From positions 670-64,669 of IMG/VR virus record IMGVR_UViG_3300022871_001550: a DNA stretch of 64,000 bases; one strand, given 5' to 3'. This DNA is from a virus (taxonomy: Duplodnaviria > Caudoviricetes). The stretch's first letter is position 1, and every line of letters starts with the position of its first letter. Of the stretch, positions 42,730 to 52,126 are shown piece by piece. A model generated the notes under the pieces. The model was given only the letters and a program-made list of their open reading frames with translations, did not search any database and was not told the DNA's origin. Made by a program: the position numbers and the translations under genes.

Positions 42730-43473
42730 TTATTTTTTATGCTTGAATTTCTCATATCTATTAACAATGTCTATTAAAATCCTATTACGCACAATGTCCT
42801 CTGAGCTAAACTGAAAACTTTTAGTATTCTCAATTCCATCTACCATGTTAATGAAATCTAAAAATCTAGAATCGCTTGTTTTTATGTCATATTGACTAAC
42901 ATCACCCATTAAAACTGCCTTTGAATCTTTTCCTAATCTTGTTATCCAAAGCATTAATTGTTTAATTGTAGCATTTTGAGCTTCATCTAATAAAATAATA
43001 GCATTGTCATATGTTACTCCTCTCATGTAAGCCAATGGTTCTACTTGAATTTCTCCATTTATTTTTAACATTTCTACATTGTACCTCCCTATGATTTTTT
43101 CAAAATTAGAAAAATAGCTTCTCATAAAAGGAGCGGTCTTTTCTTCAATGTCGCCTGGTAAATGTCCTAATTCTTCTCCACTTTCTTTTATTGGCTTAGT
43201 TAAAATAATTCTTTCTATTTTTTTATCCGCTAATAAATTGAGTGCCGTATAACACGCAGTGAACGTTTTAGACGTACCCGCAGGACCTTGAACTATGGAA
43301 AAAGTATTATTTCTAATCATTTTGTAAAGTTCATGTTGTTTAGGGGTTAATTCTATTCCTGATTTTTCTATGTTACTTTTTTTTAAAGTCAACTTTCTAT
43401 TCTCTCTCTGATTGTAAGAAGATACTTCGTCTTTTAAATCAGCTTTACTTTTTCCTTTAATAGGTTTTGCCAT
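42730..43473 (-). CDS. phoH: PhoH-family ATPase
   Basis: GPAGTSKT Walker A, LGHLPGD, PLAYMRG.T, LDEAQN, TRLG, GDVSQ.D and DIVRN. Confidence 0.93.
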   Translation of the reverse strand: MAKPIKGKSKADLKDEVSSYNQRENRKLTLKKSNIEKSGIELTPKQHELYKMIRNNTFSIVQGPAGTSKTFTACYTALNLLADKKIERIILTKPIKESGEELGHLPGDIEEKTAPFMRSYFSNFEKIIGRYNVEMLKINGEIQVEPLAYMRGVTYDNAIILLDEAQNATIKQLMLWITRLGKDSKAVLMGDVSQYDIKTSDSRFLDFINMVDGIENTKSFQFSSEDIVRNRILIDIVNRYEKFKHKK

Positions 43474-43558
43474 ATATTAAATTATTATTTTTTATAAATA
43501 GTTTACCAAAAAACAAAAAATGAAAAAAACTGAATATTTATATAAAAATAATATATCT

Positions 43559-44626
43559 ATGGTACATCCAATAAACCAAGAAGAAATAAATGCTTTAATT
43601 GCACAAGAATTAAGAGAAAAAGGATTAAATGATGTTTTAAATCTAAATGCAATAAAAGAAAAGGTATCTAAAAAAATACAAGAATTTCAAGGTGGAGAGC
43701 AAATTAATGAACTTGAGAACCCAGGCACTAGTGTATCTCCTAATGAATTTCCCCAAGAAGAGGAAGAGAAAAATGCCCCTATAAAAACTCAAGAACCAGA
43801 AAAAGCTAATAGTACTCAAAATGTACAACCACAAGCTCCTATGAGTATGGAAGCGGGCACACAACCTTTAGGTGACGCTATGACACCCAAGGTAGCATTA
43901 AGCGATGTTCCTGACTTTTTAAAAAACATTGACCCTGGTAAAGTATTTATTTTTGATTATAATGAATTAAGCGAAAGTGGAGAAAATCTTTCTCATAAAC
44001 CTTTTAAAACTATGGAAAATCCAGAATTTTCAAAATCGTTAAATCAAATGTGGTCTGAGGAGGGAAAAACAAGAGCAGAGGTGCATCAAGCTAAATTCGA
44101 AAAAATTGGAGACTTAGAATATGATTATAGAAATGGAACAACAAAATTTGTAGCCAATAACGAACAGCCTTTAGCTGATGAAAATGGAGTTTATAAAGAA
44201 AATCCATATAAAGTAGAATCAAATCCTGTTATAGAAAAAGACATTGAAAATTATATAACCAATAATGTAGATATGGACGCTAAAATTAATGATGTCATTT
44301 CAAACATTGTAAAAAGCTATTTCATGACAAACTCAGAAAGAGCAATAGAAACATCAGTGGAAGCACCAATTCCCACTGAACAACCTTACTTGCAAAATAT
44401 GGCCGAAAACAAAGAGTTAAAACTAAAAGATTTAGTTGAAGTCGGCTCTAAATTCACTAAAATAGATACACCAAAAGAAGTGGAAAATGCGTTTAGAGGA
44501 GAAGCTAGTAGCGCTCTAATAATTAAAGAAAATCTAGAAGTAAAACAAATTAAATTTAATAACAAAGATTACTTTATACCAAAGAACCCAATATCAATTA
44601 AAAAATGTTATATAAAAACAATTTAA
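43559..44626 (+). CDS. Hypothetical head-associated protein (start reassigned from 43520)
   Basis: The TATTTAT motif at 43535 lies inside the longer ORF and favours ATG 43559; acidic, with INE sites. Confidence 0.55.
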   Translation: MVHPINQEEINALIAQELREKGLNDVLNLNAIKEKVSKKIQEFQGGEQINELENPGTSVSPNEFPQEEEEKNAPIKTQEPEKANSTQNVQPQAPMSMEAGTQPLGDAMTPKVALSDVPDFLKNIDPGKVFIFDYNELSESGENLSHKPFKTMENPEFSKSLNQMWSEEGKTRAEVHQAKFEKIGDLEYDYRNGTTKFVANNEQPLADENGVYKENPYKVESNPVIEKDIENYITNNVDMDAKINDVISNIVKSYFMTNSERAIETSVEAPIPTEQPYLQNMAENKELKLKDLVEVGSKFTKIDTPKEVENAFRGEASSALIIKENLEVKQIKFNNKDYFIPKNPISIKKCYIKTI

Positions 44627-44675
44627 GCATTTACTTTTATTATTTATATCAATATATTTATTAAAAATTAAAACT

Positions 44676-44951
44676 ATGAAAACATTTTGGAAAATAAAGA
44701 ACATTTCTGACAGACAAATTAAAGTTGCAGTTGCCATTAGTAGCACTCAAGCTCCTGGATTAATTTTACAACCAGGACAGTTTTGTATATCTCAAGGACA
44801 AATGACATCTCCAGTAGATAAGCAACAAAAGTCAGGGTTTATTACAATCGAAAAAGATTTTGTTAACGTGCAAGATTTAGAGCTAGCAAAAGCTTATAAT
44901 TCTACAATTTTAGATAAAATCAAAGAAAACACAAAAAACTATGCAAAATAA
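44676..44951 (+). CDS. Hypothetical protein
   Basis: 91-aa ORF with TATTTAT upstream. Confidence 0.6.
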   Translation: MKTFWKIKNISDRQIKVAVAISSTQAPGLILQPGQFCISQGQMTSPVDKQQKSGFITIEKDFVNVQDLELAKAYNSTILDKIKENTKNYAK

Positions 44952-45366
44952 AACAATTTCAATAAATTCTACAGAACAAACGGTAGACATAATAGATTAT
45001 GAATTTGAGATTTCAGGAGAAAACTATTCTGAATTAGATTATTCTGTGCTAGCAGGACTACACAAAAGGAGTCATGAAATAGCAATTTCAGTTGACCGTG
45101 TTTTAATGAAAAGTTTTTGGGAAATAATAACACTCAAAAATTTACGTTTAAAAATTAAAGAAAAATTAAACTTTATTGATTTGGTTAAAATTAAATTAGA
45201 TTTTGGGGAAAAAAGCTCAAAATCTACTTTATTCTCAATCAGCGCATCTCATAATATTTCTAATGAATTATTTGGTTGGGTATATTATAATGATGATAAA
45301 GAAAACCTTCAAACATTCAGATTTATAGTTAATATTGAAAGTGGTGGAATAAAATATTTGGATTAA
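44941..45366 (+). CDS. Hypothetical protein
   Basis: 141-aa ORF overlapping the previous stop. Confidence 0.55.
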   Translation: MQNKTISINSTEQTVDIIDYEFEISGENYSELDYSVLAGLHKRSHEIAISVDRVLMKSFWEIITLKNLRLKIKEKLNFIDLVKIKLDFGEKSSKSTLFSISASHNISNELFGWVYYNDDKENLQTFRFIVNIESGGIKYLD

Positions 45367-45426
45367 TTTCAAAATATAGTTTATTTTCTTATTTCATAAG
45401 TTTATATTTTAATTAAAATATATTTT

Positions 45427-46725
45427 ATGAATAAAAAAATTCACATTTTAATGGTGCCCTCTGACTTACAGGGAGTAGGTCATTTTCGTAACATCTGGGC
45501 AGCACAATCAATTCAAAAGAACTTTTCTGATGAATTTGAAGTAGATATTAACCACCAAGTTAAATTTAATGATTATGATGCCTTATCAAAATATGACATC
45601 ATACACTTCCACAGACAGTTTGGTCCTTTTGAAGAATTTCCTAAAGTTGCCGAAGAATTAAAAAAACGAGGTGTTATTACTATAATGGACATTGATGACT
45701 ATTGGCAACCGCCAACCACCCATCCTCTATATGAAATAGCTAAAGCAGAAAAATATCCTGAAAAGATTCTAAATAATATAAAACATGCGGAGTATATAAC
45801 TACTACCACCACTACATTTAAAAAATATATTGAAGCATATAATAAAAATGTTTATGTAATCCCAAATGCATTAGATATGAATCATAAAATGTGGTCTTCT
45901 CCTTTACAAAAAAACCTTACCGATAAATGTCGAATTTCTTGGATAGGGGGGTCTTCACATCTTCACGATTTAAACCTTTTAGACCAATCAATGCAAAAAT
46001 TAAATCATAGCCCTGATTTAAAAGATAAATTTCAAATTATAATGTGTGGATTTGATACTCGTGGTACAGTAACACAGCTGGGCGCTAATAATGAAAAAAC
46101 AACCAGAAAAATTAAACCACATGAGACTATATGGTGTAATTTTGAAAAAATATTCACAAGCAATTATGAGCTTTTAAAAGATGATGAAGAGTATGTAAAA
46201 TGGTTAAAGAAAATTAAAAAAGAACAATATCCAGAAGAATACACCAAAAATTTTGTTAGAAGATGGACCCTTCCTTTAACTCAATATGGAAAACACTATG
46301 ATTATTGTGATGTTTGTTTAGCTCCTTTAAAGAGAACAGAAACCTATAAAGAACTACCAGGTGGAGAAATAGTTGCAATTATTGACCCACGAAAAGGAAC
46401 TATTAAAACTCGCCCACACTATTTTAATGAAGTTAAATCTGAATTAAAATTAATTGAATCTGGTATGAAGAAAAAAGTCTTAATAGCTGAAAATTTTGGA
46501 ATTTGTAAAGAATTGATAAAAAATGGAGAAACTGGAATTTTAGTTGAAAACTCGAAAAAAGACTGGTATAAAGCTATGCGCAAAGTTATTAACGACCCAG
46601 GATATAGAAATGCATTAGCTGAAAATCTACACAACTTTGTAAAAGATAAATATGAAATTACCAGTGTTACCAAAGATAGATTAAATATTTACAAAGAAAT
46701 TTTAAAACAAAAGAAAATATGTTAG
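45427..46725 (+). CDS. Glycosyltransferase, GT-B/GT4-like
   Basis: GVGHFR, MDIDDYW, VIPNALD, WIGGSSHLHDL, DVCLAPL and FNEVKSELKLIE. Confidence 0.85.
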   Translation: MNKKIHILMVPSDLQGVGHFRNIWAAQSIQKNFSDEFEVDINHQVKFNDYDALSKYDIIHFHRQFGPFEEFPKVAEELKKRGVITIMDIDDYWQPPTTHPLYEIAKAEKYPEKILNNIKHAEYITTTTTTFKKYIEAYNKNVYVIPNALDMNHKMWSSPLQKNLTDKCRISWIGGSSHLHDLNLLDQSMQKLNHSPDLKDKFQIIMCGFDTRGTVTQLGANNEKTTRKIKPHETIWCNFEKIFTSNYELLKDDEEYVKWLKKIKKEQYPEEYTKNFVRRWTLPLTQYGKHYDYCDVCLAPLKRTETYKELPGGEIVAIIDPRKGTIKTRPHYFNEVKSELKLIESGMKKKVLIAENFGICKELIKNGETGILVENSKKDWYKAMRKVINDPGYRNALAENLHNFVKDKYEITSVTKDRLNIYKEILKQKKIC

Positions 46726-47516
46726 GAGCAATTACAGGTGATATAATTGGGTCTGTTTATGAAGCATATAATTGTAAACATGAAGAGTTTGCTCTTTTTA
46801 CTGAAAAAACTCGCTTTACAGATGATACAGTTTTGACCATTGCAATCGCAGATGCTTTTATGAATAAGAAAAATTATGCAACTACACTTAAAGAATATAC
46901 CAGGAGATTTCCTCTTGCAGGATTTGGAGGTAGCTTTATAAGTTGGGTAGACAGTGATAGCACGTCTGGATATGGAAGTTATGGAAATGGTTCTGCTATG
47001 AGAGTTAGTTCATTAGGATGGCTGTGTTGTACCTTGGAAGATGTTTTAATAGAAGCTAAAGCAAGCGCACAAGTAACTCATGACCATCCAGATGCAATTG
47101 CTGGAGCACAAGCAATTGCTGGAGCGGTATTTTTGGCTAAAAACAACTATAGCAAAGAACAAATAAAAGCTTTTATTGAAGAAAATTTTCAATATGACTT
47201 AAATAGAACGCTTGAAGAAATAAGGCCAGATTATAATTTTGATGTTAGTTGTGCTGGTTCCGTACCAGAATCTATTATTGCTTTTTTAGAATCTAGTAAT
47301 TTTGTGGATTGTTTAAGAAAAGCAATTTCAATAGGTGGAGACAGCGATACAATCGCAGCTATGGCCTGTAGTATAGCAGAGGCTTACTATAGAGGAGTTC
47401 CAGAAGAATTAAGCATTAAAATATTTGCAATTTTACAAAAAACTGCAAATTTTAAAATGGGAGGAGAAAGTCGAAACTTCACAGATATAATAATGCAGTT
47501 TTATAAAGTGATATAA
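46719..47516 (+). CDS. ADP-ribosylglycohydrolase (DraG/ARH family)
   Basis: GAITGDIIGS.YE, FTDDT, SYGNGSAMRVS, THDHP and GGDSDTIAAM. Confidence 0.93.
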   Translation: MLGAITGDIIGSVYEAYNCKHEEFALFTEKTRFTDDTVLTIAIADAFMNKKNYATTLKEYTRRFPLAGFGGSFISWVDSDSTSGYGSYGNGSAMRVSSLGWLCCTLEDVLIEAKASAQVTHDHPDAIAGAQAIAGAVFLAKNNYSKEQIKAFIEENFQYDLNRTLEEIRPDYNFDVSCAGSVPESIIAFLESSNFVDCLRKAISIGGDSDTIAAMACSIAEAYYRGVPEELSIKIFAILQKTANFKMGGESRNFTDIIMQFYKVI

Positions 47517-47547
47517 AAAAAGCCCCAAATTTAGGGGCTTTCTTTTT
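47516..47547. terminator. Bidirectional intrinsic terminator
   Basis: aaaaaagcccc-aaattta-ggggctttcttttt between the convergent ARH and vWA genes. Confidence 0.8.
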
Positions 47548-49867
47548 AAATTTTAATTTTCTCCATTTTATCTTCGACTAAGAATTGAATTTCCTTATCA
47601 TCAATTTTAAGAGTCATTTCATTCTCTTCACGGCTTTCAAATTCTTTAAACCATGATTTTCCAATAATGCATAGGAATTTACTTTTAGAAATTTCACTCA
47701 TCAATTCATTTTTTCGTTTCCTAAATATCTCTGACTTTTTATCGAGCCATTTTTCAACAATAGTTAAATCATCAATACCTTCCATATTTTTCATAAAGCT
47801 TTCAAATTCTTCAATAGCTGGAATTAAAAGATTTTCTCTATCTGTTAACTCATCGCCAGCTTTGTATTTTGCTAAAACTTTATCAATATCTTTTTTTGTA
47901 CTTATTAAAGTAAGTTTATTGATTTTAACTTTTAAAGAATTTACAAAAATTTCTTCCTCAGATTTTTCAAGAGTTGATGGTGGGTTAAATCCATAAGAAG
48001 CAATTCCTAGAGTTTTTAACCATTCCGCAGCTTCTACTCCATATTTTTCAACAAAATCAACACTTTTTTGTCCAATATGTTGTTTTTTATAATAATTGAA
48101 TATAGAATTTTTTGCTTTCATGGTTAGTAACTCATATTCATTTCTAAACAATTTTTCTGCAGAAGTAGTTTCAATCATTTGTCTGTTAATTACAGGTATT
48201 TCAGAAAAATCAAGAATAAAAATTTTATCAGTTAAATCATAAATCTCACCTTTTAATAAATCATTTTCTTGCAATTTAAGAAATGTTTCATAGCCTAAGC
48301 TTACTGGAAGTTTATAAGTGTGAATTATTCCATCTTTAATTAAATTATAATTCCTAAAAATCTGTGTATCAAATTTCTCAGGAAGTGTATCAAATTCATT
48401 TTCAGGCAAATTAACATGTCCAGGGTATCTTACTTGAACAGATAAATTAGCCCTTTTTTCATTCCAAACTAAATTAGAAATAGAGTGACCTGCAGCTTTA
48501 TTTTCATAATTAAATTTTAATGCATCTTCTTTATTAGAGACCTCTTCTGTTTTTTTCTTTAGTTCGTCAAATTTTCCTTCACTAATTAATTGCTTCATTT
48601 CATCTTTTTCAGCATTACTTACTTTCGGTTTTTCAATAGCATTTCTGCCTATACGCTTATAACTAAAAGCTTCATGATTTGGATACCACTTGTTTACAGA
48701 CGAACTCATAAGGTCTTCCATTAAATCTAAAACACAATATGCATCTGTTTTAGGTTCAAGGTTTGGATTATAACCTTCTATAAACCTAAGTTCTGGAGCA
48801 TTTACTGCTTTTAAAAACTCTGATTCTAATTCATTATTTTTTTGAGTTCCGAAAGTATTACTTTTTTGTTTAATTAATCTAGCATCACCTACATTTTTTA
48901 AAACTTCAGATACCATGTTATAATCATTTCTCCTACTAAAGCTGAACATAGCAGCATACAAAGGTTTAAGTATATCATTATTAGGAATAATACAATTTGT
49001 TTTTTTATACTCCTCATTTAAAAAATCTGGAGTGCCATAAAAAGTAATCGGTTGTCCTATTGAATGTTTTGAAAAATAATATAAATCTTTTATAGAATCA
49101 GAAATTAAAATTTCATTGTTTTCATTTATAGAATAATTAATAATATCTCCACCCTCAGAAATACTAAATGCAAAATCAAATTCTATTTCATTTTCAATTT
49201 TAACATATTTTTTTTGAGAAGTTATTGTGCTTTTAAATTCCCTTTCTAAATAAGGTTCATAATCTTGAAAATGTTCACTAAAAATATGAATTCCCCCTAT
49301 CTCAGTGGCAATTTTAGATAGTAATTCTTTATTACAATATCAACCATACTCAACAATTGTAGAAGTACTAATATCTTCTTTAATTTCTGTGACAGCTTTT
49401 AGAATTTCAGAAGTAGAGCTTTGGTTGTCATATCCATCTGTTAAGAAGAAAAGTGAATGTACACAATTTGGTTTGCTTTGCAAAACTCTTCCAACTACTC
49501 TTTTAGCTTCTTCGAATGGTCCTTTAAAAGTAGTTAATCCCTTAGGAGTTAACCAACGCTCAATAAGTTCTCTTACTTTATTAAGGCTAATATCGCTCTT
49601 TAAAGAATAATCTTCCAAAATGACTCCATATTGATTTGCTCCAGAAAACCAAATGATTGTAATAGAATCATCAGGTTTCATAACCGTAGATATCTTGTTA
49701 TATAAATCTTTTCTTATAGTTGTTAGTTCGTAGTACATAGACCCCGAACAATCAATTATAAAAACATGATTTGTATTAGCTTCTACTTTTTTGTGTTCAA
49801 TTTGTGTCTTGTCAAAAGTTTGTCTAACAAGATGTAAGTTTGAATTTAATGTCCAATAAGTTTTCAT
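47546..49867 (-). CDS. vWA (MIDAS)-domain protein, 773 codons, interrupted by one in-frame TGA at 49340-49342 (readthrough, nonsense allele or sequence error)
   Basis: IDCSGSM MIDAS and FLTDGY motifs; after VEYG-TGA the same frame stays open for 126 codons (YCNKELLSKIATEIGG...) and joins track ORF 47546..48961. Confidence 0.75.
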
Positions 49868-49898
49868 AAAAAGGTTAATTTTAATATTATTTTATAAG

Positions 49899-49906
49899 CA
49901 AAGATA
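49899..49906 (-). promoter_or_regulatory. Bacteroidota-type -7 element upstream of the vWA gene
   Basis: TATCTTTG on the minus strand, about 30 nt before ATG 49867. Confidence 0.55.
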
Positions 49907-49964
49907 TAAAAATTTTTTTAAAAGACATAATTTTTGTATATTTATATTTAAATAAAATAATTTT

Positions 49965-50792
49965 ATGAAAGATATAACTTTAAATTATGGTGCAATCAGA
50001 GATTCTATTTCAAGATTAGCTTCACAAGAAATATTAAAAGAGAATAAAAATGACTCTTTAAATAAATTCATCACTAACGTAAAGAAATCTCCAGTTTTAT
50101 TAAAACAACATTTGGTTTTTAAAAATTTTGAGGATTGTAAACCATTTATAAAAGAAAGCTTGGCCGAAAGGTATATTGCTCAAAACTTAAGTATTTTAAA
50201 AGGGATAAATTGGCAAAACATATTAAAAGAAAACAGAGATGTACGAATTATTATGTTAGAAAATAGCCACGTAGAGTCCAATGCGGGAGAAAAAAATGAA
50301 TTATTTAACCATATTCAAACATTAGTTGAGTCTGTAACAAGGCCTGGTTATACTAAAATAGACGAATCTCAAGCGTCTTATGAGTTTATATTAGAACATT
50401 TAACAAGAAACATAGAAGAAAGTAAACAATCTTTAGAAGAAAAAGAGAATCCAGACTTTCTTAATTGGGAATTCATTACAAACATGGCAGTAAATAATTT
50501 TAACAAAAGATTTGCTCATCTTAATGAATCTGATAAAAAGGTCTTTAATATGTTAATATCAGAATCAAATAACAAAATAAATTACATTGAGGATTTGAAG
50601 AATGAAAATATTTCTTTAATTGATGGGATTTTAAACGAGTCAGAAGATATTTCTGAAATTAAATTTCTAGAAGATTTTAAAGTTAAAATGAATTCACTTA
50701 ACATGTCGGAAAACATAGACTATGATGAATGCATTATAGAATATTCCGAATTAAACGAGAACTTAAAAGAAATAAAAGGAACTACTATTTAG
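49965..50792 (+). CDS. Hypothetical head-module protein
   Basis: 275-aa helical ORF with TATTTAT upstream and many LxE sites; near the prohead protease. Confidence 0.6.
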   Translation: MKDITLNYGAIRDSISRLASQEILKENKNDSLNKFITNVKKSPVLLKQHLVFKNFEDCKPFIKESLAERYIAQNLSILKGINWQNILKENRDVRIIMLENSHVESNAGEKNELFNHIQTLVESVTRPGYTKIDESQASYEFILEHLTRNIEESKQSLEEKENPDFLNWEFITNMAVNNFNKRFAHLNESDKKVFNMLISESNNKINYIEDLKNENISLIDGILNESEDISEIKFLEDFKVKMNSLNMSENIDYDECIIEYSELNENLKEIKGTTI

Positions 50793-51348
50793 TAGTTTTT
50801 TTTTGTAATTTTAATATTTTATATCTCTCATCTAATTTTTCTATTTCAGTTCCTATTTCATTGCTTACTTTTAAACACTCATTAAATAGTTCAGTGTCTT
50901 TCTTTGCATTTAATGGATAAATCTTTGTATCTATATTGCTTGTATGTAAATACAGTTCAATGGAAACAAAGCTTGGTTTATTATTATAATTAAAGTTTTC
51001 TGGAACATTACAAATAAAAATATTTTCTTTTTCTGAAACAAAAAATGAAGAATCAATCAATTGATTTTTTATAAATTTTTCATCATAAATTTTATTTAAA
51101 AAAGATACCAATTCTATATATAATTTTTTATTCTTTTCTTTTGTATTTTCACCTACACAATCTACCCAAAAACTCACATAAACATATACTGTTTCGGGAC
51201 AATTTCTATTCTCTACCGTTCCTATTTTAATGTTTATGTCCTTATTGAGTAATAATTCATCCTTAACACTAATTTCTCTCGCTGTCCTTTGGTTCATATT
51301 TTTTATTAAAATATAAAAAAAAATCACGAAAATATCAAATATAAACAA
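50785..51348 (-). CDS. Hypothetical protein (true start possibly ATG 51297)
   Basis: 187-aa ORF; the first 17 codons overlap AT-rich intergenic-like sequence. Confidence 0.55.
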   Translation of the reverse strand: MFIFDIFVIFFYILIKNMNQRTAREISVKDELLLNKDINIKIGTVENRNCPETVYVYVSFWVDCVGENTKEKNKKLYIELVSFLNKIYDEKFIKNQLIDSSFFVSEKENIFICNVPENFNYNNKPSFVSIELYLHTSNIDTKIYPLNAKKDTELFNECLKVSNEIGTEIEKLDERYKILKLQKKTTK

Positions 51349-51410
51349 CTTATAATTAAATAAAAAAAAGGAATTAAGTTTTTTGTCTCATATTTATTTA
51401 AAAATACTTT

Positions 51411-52067
51411 ATGAAGGAAAAATATATTATATCCGAATTTTATAATTTCAAACCCAATGTTGAGTTGATTAAGGAAGCTGAAGAAAAACGCATGCCTATT
51501 ATATTGAGCGGTGTTTTACAAAAAGCAAATACTTTAAATAGAAACGGCAGAGTTTATCCATATGATATTTTAAAAAGAGAAGCTACCAATTATATGGAAG
51601 CTGTAGAAGAAGGCCGTGCAGTTGGAGAACTGGACCATCCAGATAGTGCAGTTGTAAGTTTAGCTAATGTATCACATAAAATAGTTGATATGTGGTGGCA
51701 AGGGGAAGAATTGTATGGTAAGGTGCAAATTACAGAAACTCCAGCAGGAGATATTTTAAAAGGATTACTTAAAAGTGGTATTATGCTTGGAATCTCTTCT
51801 AGAGGAGTAGGTTCTGTAAAAAGTATCAAAGGAGAAGATTTAGTACAAGAAGATTTTGAATTAATCGCTTTTGACTTTGTTTCTTCACCAAGTACTCCTG
51901 GAGCTTATTTGTTTAGAGAAGGGAAACAATGGGGATTAACATTATTAAATGATGAGAATTCTAAAATAATTAAACCTTCGGATTATAGCACGCAAGAGGA
52001 AATAATGAAGTATGAAAAACTACTTGAAATGCATAAAAATACATTTTGGGAAAAAATAAATGGCTAA
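51411..52067 (+). CDS. gp21: Prohead core protease (T4 gp21-like)
   Basis: NRNGRVYP, GELDHP, VSH, GISSRGVGS and DFVSSPSTPGA. Confidence 0.93.
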   Translation: MKEKYIISEFYNFKPNVELIKEAEEKRMPIILSGVLQKANTLNRNGRVYPYDILKREATNYMEAVEEGRAVGELDHPDSAVVSLANVSHKIVDMWWQGEELYGKVQITETPAGDILKGLLKSGIMLGISSRGVGSVKSIKGEDLVQEDFELIAFDFVSSPSTPGAYLFREGKQWGLTLLNDENSKIIKPSDYSTQEEIMKYEKLLEMHKNTFWEKING

Positions 52068-52126
52068 AAAATCAAGTTTTACATTTTTTGTAATATTTAT
52101 TAAAAAGTCTAAAAAAAAACTATACT

